Positions 16,283 to 24,585 of a stretch of DNA of 37,474 nt are shown one piece after another. The notes under the pieces are model-generated. The model searched no databases, had not been told where the DNA came from, and worked only from the letters and a program-made list of their open reading frames with translations. The position numbers and the translations under genes were made by a program. The stretch lies in IMG/VR virus record IMGVR_UViG_3300029787_000142, positions 1 through 37,474 of that record; one strand, 5' to 3'. Every line of letters begins with the position of its first letter. Positions within the stretch are counted from its first letter, which is position 1. Source of the stretch: a virus. Lineage: Duplodnaviria > Caudoviricetes.

Positions 16283-16976
16283 CTCGCAGAGCGGGTCTTA
16301 GGGCAGAGCCCTCACGCCCTCCGCGAAGGAGTTGGTCGCTCCTGCGGGACTGCCAGAGGCTATCCGGATTGAACAGGATGTTCACTGCCAGAGGCTAATG
16401 GATTCTTAAGGCATTGCCTTGAGAGCCCTCCGGCTTGAGGACGGGTTCCTAGGGCGGAGCCTTAGGCACTCTCCGTGGGGAGAGCCCTTCGGCTTGAGAA
16501 CCGGTCGCTCCTGCGTGACCGCCGGGGGCAACCCGGATCCAACAGCATGTTGGTCAATCCATCGGAACGGTGGAGCCCTCCGGCTTGAGGGCCAATCCAA
16601 CGGAACGTTGGTCGCCGATAGGCGAAACGCCAACCACCTACGAGGACAACCGAATCAGGTCCCCTCAAGGGGCCTGGGTTGGCCGAGTCCTGGATCCGAC
16701 CCTGTGTCGGTGCGTGTGGTTTCGGTTACCGAGTGGCGGGGTCCGGGGCTGGCAAGTCCCGTGTTAACCGACCAACAGCCCCGTGCTGTTTGGTCAAATA
16801 GGTCATGACCGAAGGGCATGTCCATGCGTTGGGGCGGGGGCCTGCCCGAAGGGCACAAGCGTCTCGCCTTAGCGAGTCGTTCAAGGCTGGGGTGCCGGGC
16901 TCTTAGGGCGGCTGGTGTTCGGCTGGGATCGAGGGCTCGGCTCGCGGGGATGCTCGAAGGGGCAGAGCCCCTTCGA
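16283..16976 (+). other. GC-rich non-coding array of triloop hairpins and short repeats
   Basis: At least 12 short hairpins with GNA/AGA triloops. G.T wobbles favour the + strand. No credible ORF. Confidence 0.75.
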
Positions 16977-16989
16977 AAGGTATCAGGCC

Positions 16990-17013
16990 AAAAAAAAGCC
17001 CGCTTTCGCGGGC
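16990..17013 (-). terminator. Intrinsic terminator
   Basis: GCCCGC-GAAA-GCGGGC followed by U8, downstream of 17039..17746. Confidence 0.9.
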
Positions 17014-17038
17014 CTTGATTTTGGTTACTGGTTACTTG

Positions 17039-17746
17039 TTACGCTGATTTACTAAGCCGTCGGTCGAGTTCATCCCGCTTCGCGAACTCTTCTTTTAACA
17101 AGTCGTCGGTGTCTGGCTCGCTGGCGTCGCCCACTTGTCGAGCCGCTTTCAAGTCGTCCTGGCTGTCGATGGCGTGTGTGTACTCGGGTGATTCTCCCGG
17201 CTCCTTTTCCGCTTCGACTTCGTTTGCAGAGTCAATTTCACTCTGGATGATTTTTACCACCTGGGCATAGTGGGCGGTGGTTACGGTTTTGAAGTCGAGC
17301 CGACGAGCCGCATCAAGCCTAACTTCTGGCAGAGCTTCAAGCCGTCCGCAGATTGCCCCGAATGCAGCCTTATAAGTTGGCGTCGACATTCCCTCCTTGA
17401 GGTACTGGCGGCGCTTTAGTGACAACTCGCCGAACTTTGATTTGAGCACTGTTTTGATATCCATTTTATTCTGATTGTGAGTCTTTGCGATTTCAGCTCC
17501 CTCCGGTGCTCCTGTTTCTTCGAATAGCAATACATTGATATCTTCCGCTTCCATTTCTGAGAGCATTTCCTGAAGTGGGGCGATGTTATCATCAAACCAC
17601 TTCTGGGCTCTCCACTGGTTCATAGCGACAATGCGCTGGTCACTGAGGCTGACCGATGAGAAGCGCGACGTCGGGCGCTCCTTGCCTGCTTTCTCGTTTC
17701 TGAGTGCGTCTGCCTGGGCTTTGATTGATTCAATTGAGTAAGTCAT
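17039..17746 (-). CDS. Hypothetical (putative immediate-early) protein
   Basis: 235 aa, AACACAGGA RBS, own terminator, acidic C-terminus. Confidence 0.85.
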   Translation of the reverse strand: MTYSIESIKAQADALRNEKAGKERPTSRFSSVSLSDQRIVAMNQWRAQKWFDDNIAPLQEMLSEMEAEDINVLLFEETGAPEGAEIAKTHNQNKMDIKTVLKSKFGELSLKRRQYLKEGMSTPTYKAAFGAICGRLEALPEVRLDAARRLDFKTVTTAHYAQVVKIIQSEIDSANEVEAEKEPGESPEYTHAIDSQDDLKAARQVGDASEPDTDDLLKEEFAKRDELDRRLSKSA

Positions 17747-17751
17747 AATAA

Positions 17752-17781
17752 TTCCTGTGTTCTGCCGGTGTTCCGTCCGGC
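17752..17781 (-). promoter_or_regulatory. Leader motif copy 1: hairpin with ACGGAACA loop plus AACACAGGAA RBS
   Basis: GCCGG-ACGGAACA-CCGGC-AG-AACACAGGAA. Confidence 0.65.
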
Positions 17782-17785
17782 GGGT

Positions 17786-17808
17786 GAAAGAAAGCCCCCG
17801 AAGGGGCT
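17786..17808 (-). terminator. Intrinsic terminator/attenuator
   Basis: AGCCCC-UUCG-GGGGCU followed by UUCUUUC. Confidence 0.7.
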
Positions 17809-17829
17809 ACTGGTGCTATATTTTGGTGA

Positions 17830-18060
17830 TTACCAAGGGCAAGTCGAGAAAGTCTTGTTAAGTCTTTCCGCTTCTTTTGCGTTCGCTTCCTTGAGTCTGG
17901 TGATATAATCACTCATTTGCTGAATGGTTTTGAAGTAGTGTCCGTTGTGTAGCGTGTTATCGATTAGCAAATGAACCGAATATGGAAGGGCGGCGTTTGG
18001 TCGTTTGGATGCCTGGTACTGAAAGATCGCAGAATCAAAAATCTCAATTACTTGGTACAT
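17830..18060 (-). CDS. Hypothetical protein, first gene of the early arm
   Basis: 76 aa, AACACAGGA RBS, directly downstream of a consensus-like promoter. Confidence 0.75.
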   Translation of the reverse strand: MYQVIEIFDSAIFQYQASKRPNAALPYSVHLLIDNTLHNGHYFKTIQQMSDYITRLKEANAKEAERLNKTFSTCPW

Positions 18061-18066
18061 AATGTT

Positions 18067-18098
18067 TTCCTGTGTTGTTGGTGAGTGTTCCGTCTCAC
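18067..18098 (-). promoter_or_regulatory. Leader motif copy 2
   Basis: GTGAG-ACGGAACA-CTCAC-CAAC-AACACAGGAA. Confidence 0.65.
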
Positions 18099-18101
18099 AT
18101 G

Positions 18102-18129
18102 ATTATAAAATCACAGTTGGGCCATTCAA
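18102..18129 (-). promoter_or_regulatory. Early sigma70-like promoter
   Basis: TTGAAT-16-TATAAT. Confidence 0.7.
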
Positions 18130-18722
18130 GCAATATCCTGATATGTGTATAAACTTTACACGTACGCGCCTATTATATGCTTAATATTGCCTATCGTCTC
18201 TCCGTGGAGATCTCGACAAATGAATACTAGGGGATCAAGGCAGCTCGAAACCGCTTAGAAACGATTCTCAGGGCTCCTGTGGTGTATTGTTTACGTTTAC
18301 AATAATGCCTGCGATTATAAGGATTTGCTTCATGCCCCGCCGATCCCGGTTAGCAGTGAATCCGATGAGCGTGAGTCATACGAACGGAAGGCTGGTGTAT
18401 TGGTTGGTCGAGCACTCGGTCGTTATCCCAGCCGTGAGCAAACCAGTTAGCTTGGTGGCACCACGATGAAGCACTGAGCCGTTCCACTGCCGGTAGTTTA
18501 CGGCGCTAGAGTCTATGGTTTTTATGCAGTATTTGTATCGTGTTTTGTACCACTGGTGAAACTCGGTATCTAATAACTACAGTAGGTTAGAAGATTAGTG
18601 GATTAATATTCCCATTTGTTACCGGGGATGTGTCGAACATTCTTACCTGAAACATGTACTTTTTATAATCCATTCCCCTCTCTATTCCTATCCCGCTACG
18701 TATATATCTCTATATTTGTATT

Positions 18723-18736
18723 GGGGGGTACCCCCC
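18723..18736. repeat. Perfect 14-bp palindrome GGGGGGTACCCCCC (candidate packaging/terminus signal)
   Basis: Lies in the ~1-kb non-coding gap upstream of the terminase genes. Function is inferred from position only. Confidence 0.45.
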
Positions 18737-19042
18737 TTTTCAAGATGAGGGAATTCAGGCCAAACACCCTCTACGAATTTTTATCCAATTTGACTCTAGC
18801 GCACTGCGTCGAAGATAAGCACAACACCCCCCCCCGGATCTACTAGCTGAAAACCGCAGGATTGGTTACCTGTATTGTGCTTCACTGGTGAGTTACTTCC
18901 AGTGTCGTATATGGAATCTATCTGGGTGTTGCTGATTGTCTAGTTAGTCAGCCAGTAGGCATATACGAGTCCGCGTCCGGCTCTAGGGAGGATTAACCTC
19001 TGCCGTCTACTCCGTAACTCGCACTATTACGTTAACCAAGAG

Positions 19043-19078
19043 TTGAAACTTAAACAATAGCTCACTAGAATCTATTGT
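19043..19078 (+). promoter_or_regulatory. Late-arm promoter with overlapping inverted repeat
   Basis: TTGAAA-17-TAGAAT, then 7 nt, then ATG. ACAATAG-N11-CTATTGT brackets the -10. Confidence 0.65.
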
Positions 19079-19519
19079 ATGAAAGATGACGCTATTGAGA
19101 CTGAGATTGTAAAGCAAAAGATTACTAAAGGTACATCTGATACCCCAACTACCCGAGCAGGCCGCAGGGCCAAGTCTGGCAAAGCCACTGTTACTAAAGA
19201 CGGTGTTAAGAAAAAGGCCAGGTCTACTGGCACCTATGGCATCTCTGGCAGCAAAGTTCAGATACTACAGACTCAAGATAAGCATAAATTATGGGCAGAT
19301 CTGTTCTCTATTACCGAAAGTCAGATAGGTTCATTAAAAGAAAAAATTGAATCTGGCCTAGAACTAGACTCAAAAGACATGTCTAAGCTTGATAGCTGTT
19401 ATAACGGCATGAAAAAACTACTGGAAATAGAAACTGTACTTAAATCTGACGCCATTGCTTCTATGTCTACAGAAGAACTAAAGCGAATGGCCAAGAAAGC
19501 AATTAGAGAATCCAAATGA
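19079..19519 (+). CDS. Putative terminase small subunit
   Basis: Position ahead of TerL, basic N-terminus, helical C-terminus ending MSTEEL..MA. Positional inference. Confidence 0.5.
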   Translation: MKDDAIETEIVKQKITKGTSDTPTTRAGRRAKSGKATVTKDGVKKKARSTGTYGISGSKVQILQTQDKHKLWADLFSITESQIGSLKEKIESGLELDSKDMSKLDSCYNGMKKLLEIETVLKSDAIASMSTEELKRMAKKAIRESK

Positions 19520-19965
19520 TTAGAAGCATTGAACAAATTGACGAAGACTTTATATACCATTCTTGGCTGCATTCCGTTAAATGCCCCACCAAATCAGTCT
19601 CAAACATGACCAGATACCTTATAGACTCCCTGGTTGCAGACAAAAACATTGCTATTTGGTGCCCAGATGACGACAAAAACCACATTGTTGGGTGGATGGC
19701 GTATGGAAAAATAGAAAATACACCCCTGTTTCACTACATGTTTGTAAAGAAAAACTTCAGAAAAAACTCTGTTGGTAAAGAATTGCTATACAATGTGTAC
19801 CCTGACAGAGATATTCAGGTGTTTTGCACCTACTGGTCGCACCATATGCAAGCAATGAACGCTCGTAATAAATGGAATGTTAAGTTTGCATCCAACCTTT
19901 TGCCAGCAGTTATTCATAATCTTCATGCTAACAAGGATTTAGAGGTTTATCGTGGCGCTGCCTAA
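19516..19965 (+). CDS. GNAT-like acetyltransferase
   Basis: MIR....D..FI, IVGW, HYMFVKKNFRKNSVGKELL resembling GNAT motif A. Confidence 0.65.
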   Translation: MIRSIEQIDEDFIYHSWLHSVKCPTKSVSNMTRYLIDSLVADKNIAIWCPDDDKNHIVGWMAYGKIENTPLFHYMFVKKNFRKNSVGKELLYNVYPDRDIQVFCTYWSHHMQAMNARNKWNVKFASNLLPAVIHNLHANKDLEVYRGAA

Positions 19966-21433
19966 GATAACCTTAACGGATAGAGAGATTTATGAGGCCC
20001 TAGCGGTAAGGTCTAACGCCACAAAGCCCAGTAGTCAGGCCGAAAAAGAGCAACGAAAATCTCACGCGCTTAACTTGTCTAAGACATTGTTTAAAGAACA
20101 AGTCGATTTTATTCAAGATCCCTCTAAAAGAAAGGCTGCTATATGCAGTCGCCGGTCTGGGAAAAGCTATTCTGCTGGACGATACCTGATTAAAGAGGCC
20201 CTGGAAGATGCAGGTACTACATGTGTCTACATTGCCAGAACCCGCGAGGCAGCTAAACGTATTCTGTGGAGCTCCCTTAAAGAAGCAAACCAGCGTTTTA
20301 GGCTTAACATTAAATTTAACAATGCTGACCTAATAGCTACTTTCCCCAACCAGTCTAAAATTATGTTTACTGGGGCCAACGATGCCAGTGACGTAGATAA
20401 GCTTCGTGGTGCTGCGTTTAGCCTGGCCGTTTTGGATGAGGCCGCATTCTTTAATATTAATTTAAAAGAGCTAGTAAACGAAGTCCTTACTCCTGCCCTC
20501 CTTGATAGAGACGGCAGCCTAGTAATGATTTCAACGCCTAACTCAGCGTGTCATGGATTTTTTTACGACATAACTGAAAAGGGAACTTACAACTTTTCAG
20601 TTCACAGGTGGACAGTCAAAAACAACCCCTACATGCAACACGCTGTCCGAGCTATCCAAAAGGATATCGACAACGGAATCCTCGACCCCTCCGACCCCTC
20701 CTACAAACGCGAGTATCTTGGACTCTGGGTCCGCGATGACCAGGAAATCGTCTATAACTATAGTGAGGACAATTTGTTCGAGGATAGACCAGTCAGTGAC
20801 GAATGGGAGTATGTCCTCGGAATCGACCTCGGATATCATGACGCTACCGCCTTTGTGGTTGTTGCATGGACACCTGACTACCCTTCACTCTACGTGATTG
20901 ACGAATACAAGCAAAGCAAGATGCTAACGTCTGAGGTTGAAGACAAGATTCATAGGTTTATGAATGACTATGACTTTACTTCAATTGTTATGGACTCCGG
21001 CGGCGGTGCGTCAAAAATGCTACTGGAAACATTTAAGCAAAGATCTGGCATTCCGCTTAAACCTGCGCATAAGTCTGGGGATAAGATAGGAATGATTAAG
21101 ATTATGAATTCAGATCTTAAGCAATGCAATATTAAGATTAGGCACGGAATGGAGCTTTTAACTGAGTGGGATAAGCTCCAGTACAACAAGTCAGGCACCG
21201 CCGAAGATAAAAGATTTGATAACCACCTGTCAGATGCTTGTTTTTATGCATGGCAAGAATCCAGGCACTTTATGTACGAAGAGCGAGAAATGCCAATTAT
21301 ACCAGGGTCAAAGGAGTGGTATAGGAGACTTGAAGACGAGATGGAGCAAAAACTGCTTGAGAGAGACGAGCAAGAACAGTATGATCCTGATGTATGGGGC
21401 GAGGGCTATAGTGAAGCTGACCTATACAATTAG
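19952..21433 (+). CDS. terL: Terminase large subunit
   Basis: SRRSGKS Walker A, LRG, AVLDEA Walker B, ISTP motif, LGIDLG and H.SDA nuclease motifs. Confidence 0.95.
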   Translation: MALPKITLTDREIYEALAVRSNATKPSSQAEKEQRKSHALNLSKTLFKEQVDFIQDPSKRKAAICSRRSGKSYSAGRYLIKEALEDAGTTCVYIARTREAAKRILWSSLKEANQRFRLNIKFNNADLIATFPNQSKIMFTGANDASDVDKLRGAAFSLAVLDEAAFFNINLKELVNEVLTPALLDRDGSLVMISTPNSACHGFFYDITEKGTYNFSVHRWTVKNNPYMQHAVRAIQKDIDNGILDPSDPSYKREYLGLWVRDDQEIVYNYSEDNLFEDRPVSDEWEYVLGIDLGYHDATAFVVVAWTPDYPSLYVIDEYKQSKMLTSEVEDKIHRFMNDYDFTSIVMDSGGGASKMLLETFKQRSGIPLKPAHKSGDKIGMIKIMNSDLKQCNIKIRHGMELLTEWDKLQYNKSGTAEDKRFDNHLSDACFYAWQESRHFMYEEREMPIIPGSKEWYRRLEDEMEQKLLERDEQEQYDPDVWGEGYSEADLYN

Positions 21434-21441
21434 GAGAAGCA

Positions 21442-21732
21442 ATGACTGAAAAAAAGCAATCAAGAGACATGGGCGTAGGTCCAAGCACTAAAAAACTAAA
21501 AAGCATGCTTAAGATTTTATCAGAGCATGGCGTGTCGCGTTATAAAGACAGCGAGTTTGAAATCGAGCTAGCAATAGGATTTCAAGCAGAACCTATTGTA
21601 GAAAAATCAGAATCATTTAGCTTTAGCAATTACGATGAAGAAGCCAGCAATGATGACAAGAAAAGTTTAGAAGTTAGAGACGGGCTTGGTTACACCGAGG
21701 AAGACTATCTTTGGCGGAGCGCTGAAACATGA
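21442..21732 (+). CDS. Hypothetical protein
   Basis: AGGAG RBS, lies between TerL and portal. Confidence 0.75.
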   Translation: MTEKKQSRDMGVGPSTKKLKSMLKILSEHGVSRYKDSEFEIELAIGFQAEPIVEKSESFSFSNYDEEASNDDKKSLEVRDGLGYTEEDYLWRSAET

Positions 21733-23633
21733 GTTACGGAATTTTTGGAGAAGCCTTTTGGTGGCAAGCTGAGTCAGACCCGCACGAGTCTGTTAGCAAA
21801 TTTATCCAAGTTCTACGAGATGAGCAGGACAGCTACTATAACGATATAGTCACATTTATGGGTCTATATAACGGCAGGCCGCTTCATTCTAGGTATGCTC
21901 ATGGCTCAATGCAGTATGCACTGCTAAGACAACCCAGGCTAACCTTCAACATTATTCACTCCCTCTGCCAAGCCGCTACATCCAAAATTGCCAAGCATAA
22001 ACCAGCTGTCAGTTTTTTGACAGAAGGCGGCAATTACTCTCAAAAACGAAAATCAAAACTATTTAGAAAACTTATGCAAGGTCAGTTCTACTCAATGAAC
22101 ATGTACCCGATTGCACAAAAAGTGTTTCTTGATGCCTGCATTACAGGCACTGGTGTTATTAAATACTACACCGAGTTTGATAAAATTAAAGCAGAACGCG
22201 TTCCTGTTCATGAGTTAACGATAGATCCTATTGAAGCTGAAACCGGTAACATGCCGCGTCAAATGTTTCAGACTAAAAAAGTATCTCGACATGTTTTAGC
22301 TGAAATGTTTCCAGAAAAGAAAAACGAAATTCTTTCATCCGACTCTACTGACGAAAACGACTATAACGAAGAAGAACGATTTTCTGACATGATTGAATGC
22401 CATGAAGCTTGGCACTTGCCCAGTGGCCCAGATGCCGGAGATGGCCGTCATGTTATTTGCATAGACTCAGTTACGCTCTTAGACGATGAGTGGGAAAAAG
22501 ACCACTTTCCGTTTACATTTATTCGATGGACTGAAAACCCAACAAGTTTCTGGGGCAATGGTCTTGCGAAAGAAGTTATGGGCATCCAGGTCGAAATCAA
22601 TAAATTGTTGGCTCGAATTCAAGAGCAAATGCATCTTGCAACGCCAAAGGTTTTTATTGAAGATTCTTCTAAAATTGTGCAGTCGCATTTAAACAATCGA
22701 GTCTTTGGTGCAATTAGATACCGAGGAACACCTCCTCAGTTTTTTGTTCCAAGATCTGTCGATGGTGCAATGTTTTCTCACCTTGATAGACTTGTTGATA
22801 GAGCTTACGAAATGACTGGCATTAGTCAGCTTGCTGCTCAGTCTAAAAAACCTGTTGGCCTTGAGTCTGGTCGTGCTCTTCGTGAGTTTTCCGATATTGA
22901 GTCAGAGCGCTTTATGGTTGTTGGTCAAGCATACGAACAATTGTTTATGGATGCTGCTGAAAGAATTATTAACTTAATTAAAGATTCTTACGACAACAAC
23001 AACGAGCATATTACATCTAGCTTTGACAGCAAGTCAGGTCTTGAAAAAATTAAATGGTCTGAGATTGATCTTGATAAAGATGAATACGTTATTCAGATTA
23101 GACCTATTGGCTCTTTGCCACAAACTCCATCGGCCAAGCTAGCATCTGTTTCTGAAATGCATATGAATGGATTTTTCTCTACAGAAGAAGCTCATCAGCT
23201 ATTAGATTTTCCAGACTTAAACAAAGCCAACAATCTCAAAGTGGCACACATTGAAGTTTTAGATTTAATTGTAGAAAAAATTATAGAAAAAGGAGAATAC
23301 ATATCTCCTGAGCCATACATGAATTTAGAGCTTGGCATTCAACGAGTTCAGCAAGCATACAACATGGCTATTCTTGATGAAGTAGCAGAGCCAAGAAAAG
23401 AACTTCTTAGAAGATGGATTACTCAGGCAAATGGATTGCTTGAAGAAAAAATCCTAAAAGCAAAACAAGCGTCAGCTCCGGGACCAGCTCCAGGGGCAAT
23501 GCCAGGGGCTCCACCGGCGCCACCGCAGGCAGGAATGATGCCACCCGGAGCACCTTCTCCTGGTCCAGCGCCACAAGGAGCGCCTGGTCCTGGAGGAATA
23601 CCACCTGAATTATTAGCACAATTAGCACAGTAA
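21729..23633 (+). CDS. Portal protein
   Basis: 634 aa after TerL. FNII, DACITGTG..K, FWG.G...E....Q.EIN, TGIS....G, SGRAL motifs. Pro-rich tail. Confidence 0.9.
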   Translation: MSYGIFGEAFWWQAESDPHESVSKFIQVLRDEQDSYYNDIVTFMGLYNGRPLHSRYAHGSMQYALLRQPRLTFNIIHSLCQAATSKIAKHKPAVSFLTEGGNYSQKRKSKLFRKLMQGQFYSMNMYPIAQKVFLDACITGTGVIKYYTEFDKIKAERVPVHELTIDPIEAETGNMPRQMFQTKKVSRHVLAEMFPEKKNEILSSDSTDENDYNEEERFSDMIECHEAWHLPSGPDAGDGRHVICIDSVTLLDDEWEKDHFPFTFIRWTENPTSFWGNGLAKEVMGIQVEINKLLARIQEQMHLATPKVFIEDSSKIVQSHLNNRVFGAIRYRGTPPQFFVPRSVDGAMFSHLDRLVDRAYEMTGISQLAAQSKKPVGLESGRALREFSDIESERFMVVGQAYEQLFMDAAERIINLIKDSYDNNNEHITSSFDSKSGLEKIKWSEIDLDKDEYVIQIRPIGSLPQTPSAKLASVSEMHMNGFFSTEEAHQLLDFPDLNKANNLKVAHIEVLDLIVEKIIEKGEYISPEPYMNLELGIQRVQQAYNMAILDEVAEPRKELLRRWITQANGLLEEKILKAKQASAPGPAPGAMPGAPPAPPQAGMMPPGAPSPGPAPQGAPGPGGIPPELLAQLAQ

Positions 23634-23645
23634 AGGATTCCTATA

Positions 23646-24566
23646 ATGGAAACAGAAGCACAATCAGCGCCAGCGCCAGCACCAGAGCCAACACTTGGTG
23701 AGACTTCTCAACAGGCAAGCGAGGTTGAACAAGTTCAAGAGGCTCCGCAAACGCCAGAGTCTTTTAATATTTTTTCAGATGAGCCAAGCCCTGCAATTGC
23801 TGAAAGCAATAAAGCAGAACCAGACGATAGGCCAAAAAAAAGCAAACAGTTTTTAGAAAACCTAAAACGAGACAAGCAGTTAAGGCAGCAAGAAATTGCC
23901 TTAAAACAACGTCATCAAGAAATTGCTCAAAAAGAACAACAGCTTGCTCAGCTACAACAAAGCCAGCAGCATTTAAAAAATAATCCTGATGAGTTTTTTA
24001 AATCTCAAGGCATTGATCCTATGGAATACTATAGGACATGGACAGAACGACTTATTAATACGGATGGAGAACCGTCTCTTGAGCGTCAACTAGAAGGCAC
24101 CAGGGAAGAAGTTGAAAAACTTAGAGAAAAAATTCTTTCAAAAGAAGAGCAAGAAAAACAAGCTATTGCTGCTAGAAAACAAACAACAGCCTACAACACT
24201 CTTTGCAGCCAAGTAGAGCAATATGCGTCTAGCAATGATGGTTACGATGCAATTAAAGAAAGTTGCACTGCTAAAGACATTGTTAATGGAATGGTGCAAC
24301 ATTTTAAATCAACTGGCGAAGAGCTAACAATCGAAGAAGCATTTGAAAAGATTGAAACCGGACTACGGAAGCGTGAAGAGGATTTTTACAAAGACCCTAA
24401 AGTCATTGCAAAACTCCAGAGATACAACCCAGAAGCATTAAAAACATCGCGAGGCCCGCAAGCAACGTTATCGGCCAGATTTAAAGAGCAACCAACTAGG
24501 ACAGATCCAACTGATATGCCCTACGAGGAAATCCGAGACTATTGGAAGGGTAAACTCTTCACGTAA
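23646..24566 (+). CDS. Capsid scaffolding protein
   Basis: Acidic/coiled-coil protein between portal and capsid. Confidence 0.75.
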   Translation: METEAQSAPAPAPEPTLGETSQQASEVEQVQEAPQTPESFNIFSDEPSPAIAESNKAEPDDRPKKSKQFLENLKRDKQLRQQEIALKQRHQEIAQKEQQLAQLQQSQQHLKNNPDEFFKSQGIDPMEYYRTWTERLINTDGEPSLERQLEGTREEVEKLREKILSKEEQEKQAIAARKQTTAYNTLCSQVEQYASSNDGYDAIKESCTAKDIVNGMVQHFKSTGEELTIEEAFEKIETGLRKREEDFYKDPKVIAKLQRYNPEALKTSRGPQATLSARFKEQPTRTDPTDMPYEEIRDYWKGKLFT

Positions 24567-24585
24567 CTAAGAAAGGAGGGATCCT

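Noticed and set aside
16334-16611. Repeats as a CRISPR array
   Set aside because: The repeats are 13-17 nt, belong to several interleaved families and are irregularly spaced. No cas operon; the Cas4-like nuclease sits in an ordinary recombination module.
16283-16976. Array as a CsrB/RsmZ-like sponge RNA, tRNA cluster or known ribozyme
   Set aside because: Only some loops contain GGA (others are AGA, GCA, GAA), and GGA did not look enriched for this composition. I found no cloverleaf or ribozyme core. Not fully excluded without an Rfam search.
16406-17018. Six track ORFs across the GC-rich region
   Set aside because: Arg/Pro/Gly-rich products on both strands with no RBS. Expected from stop-codon scarcity in GC-rich DNA.
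23470-23610. GC-rich repetitive stretch at the end of the portal gene
   Set aside because: Explained by the Pro/Gly/Ala low-complexity tail common in such portals.
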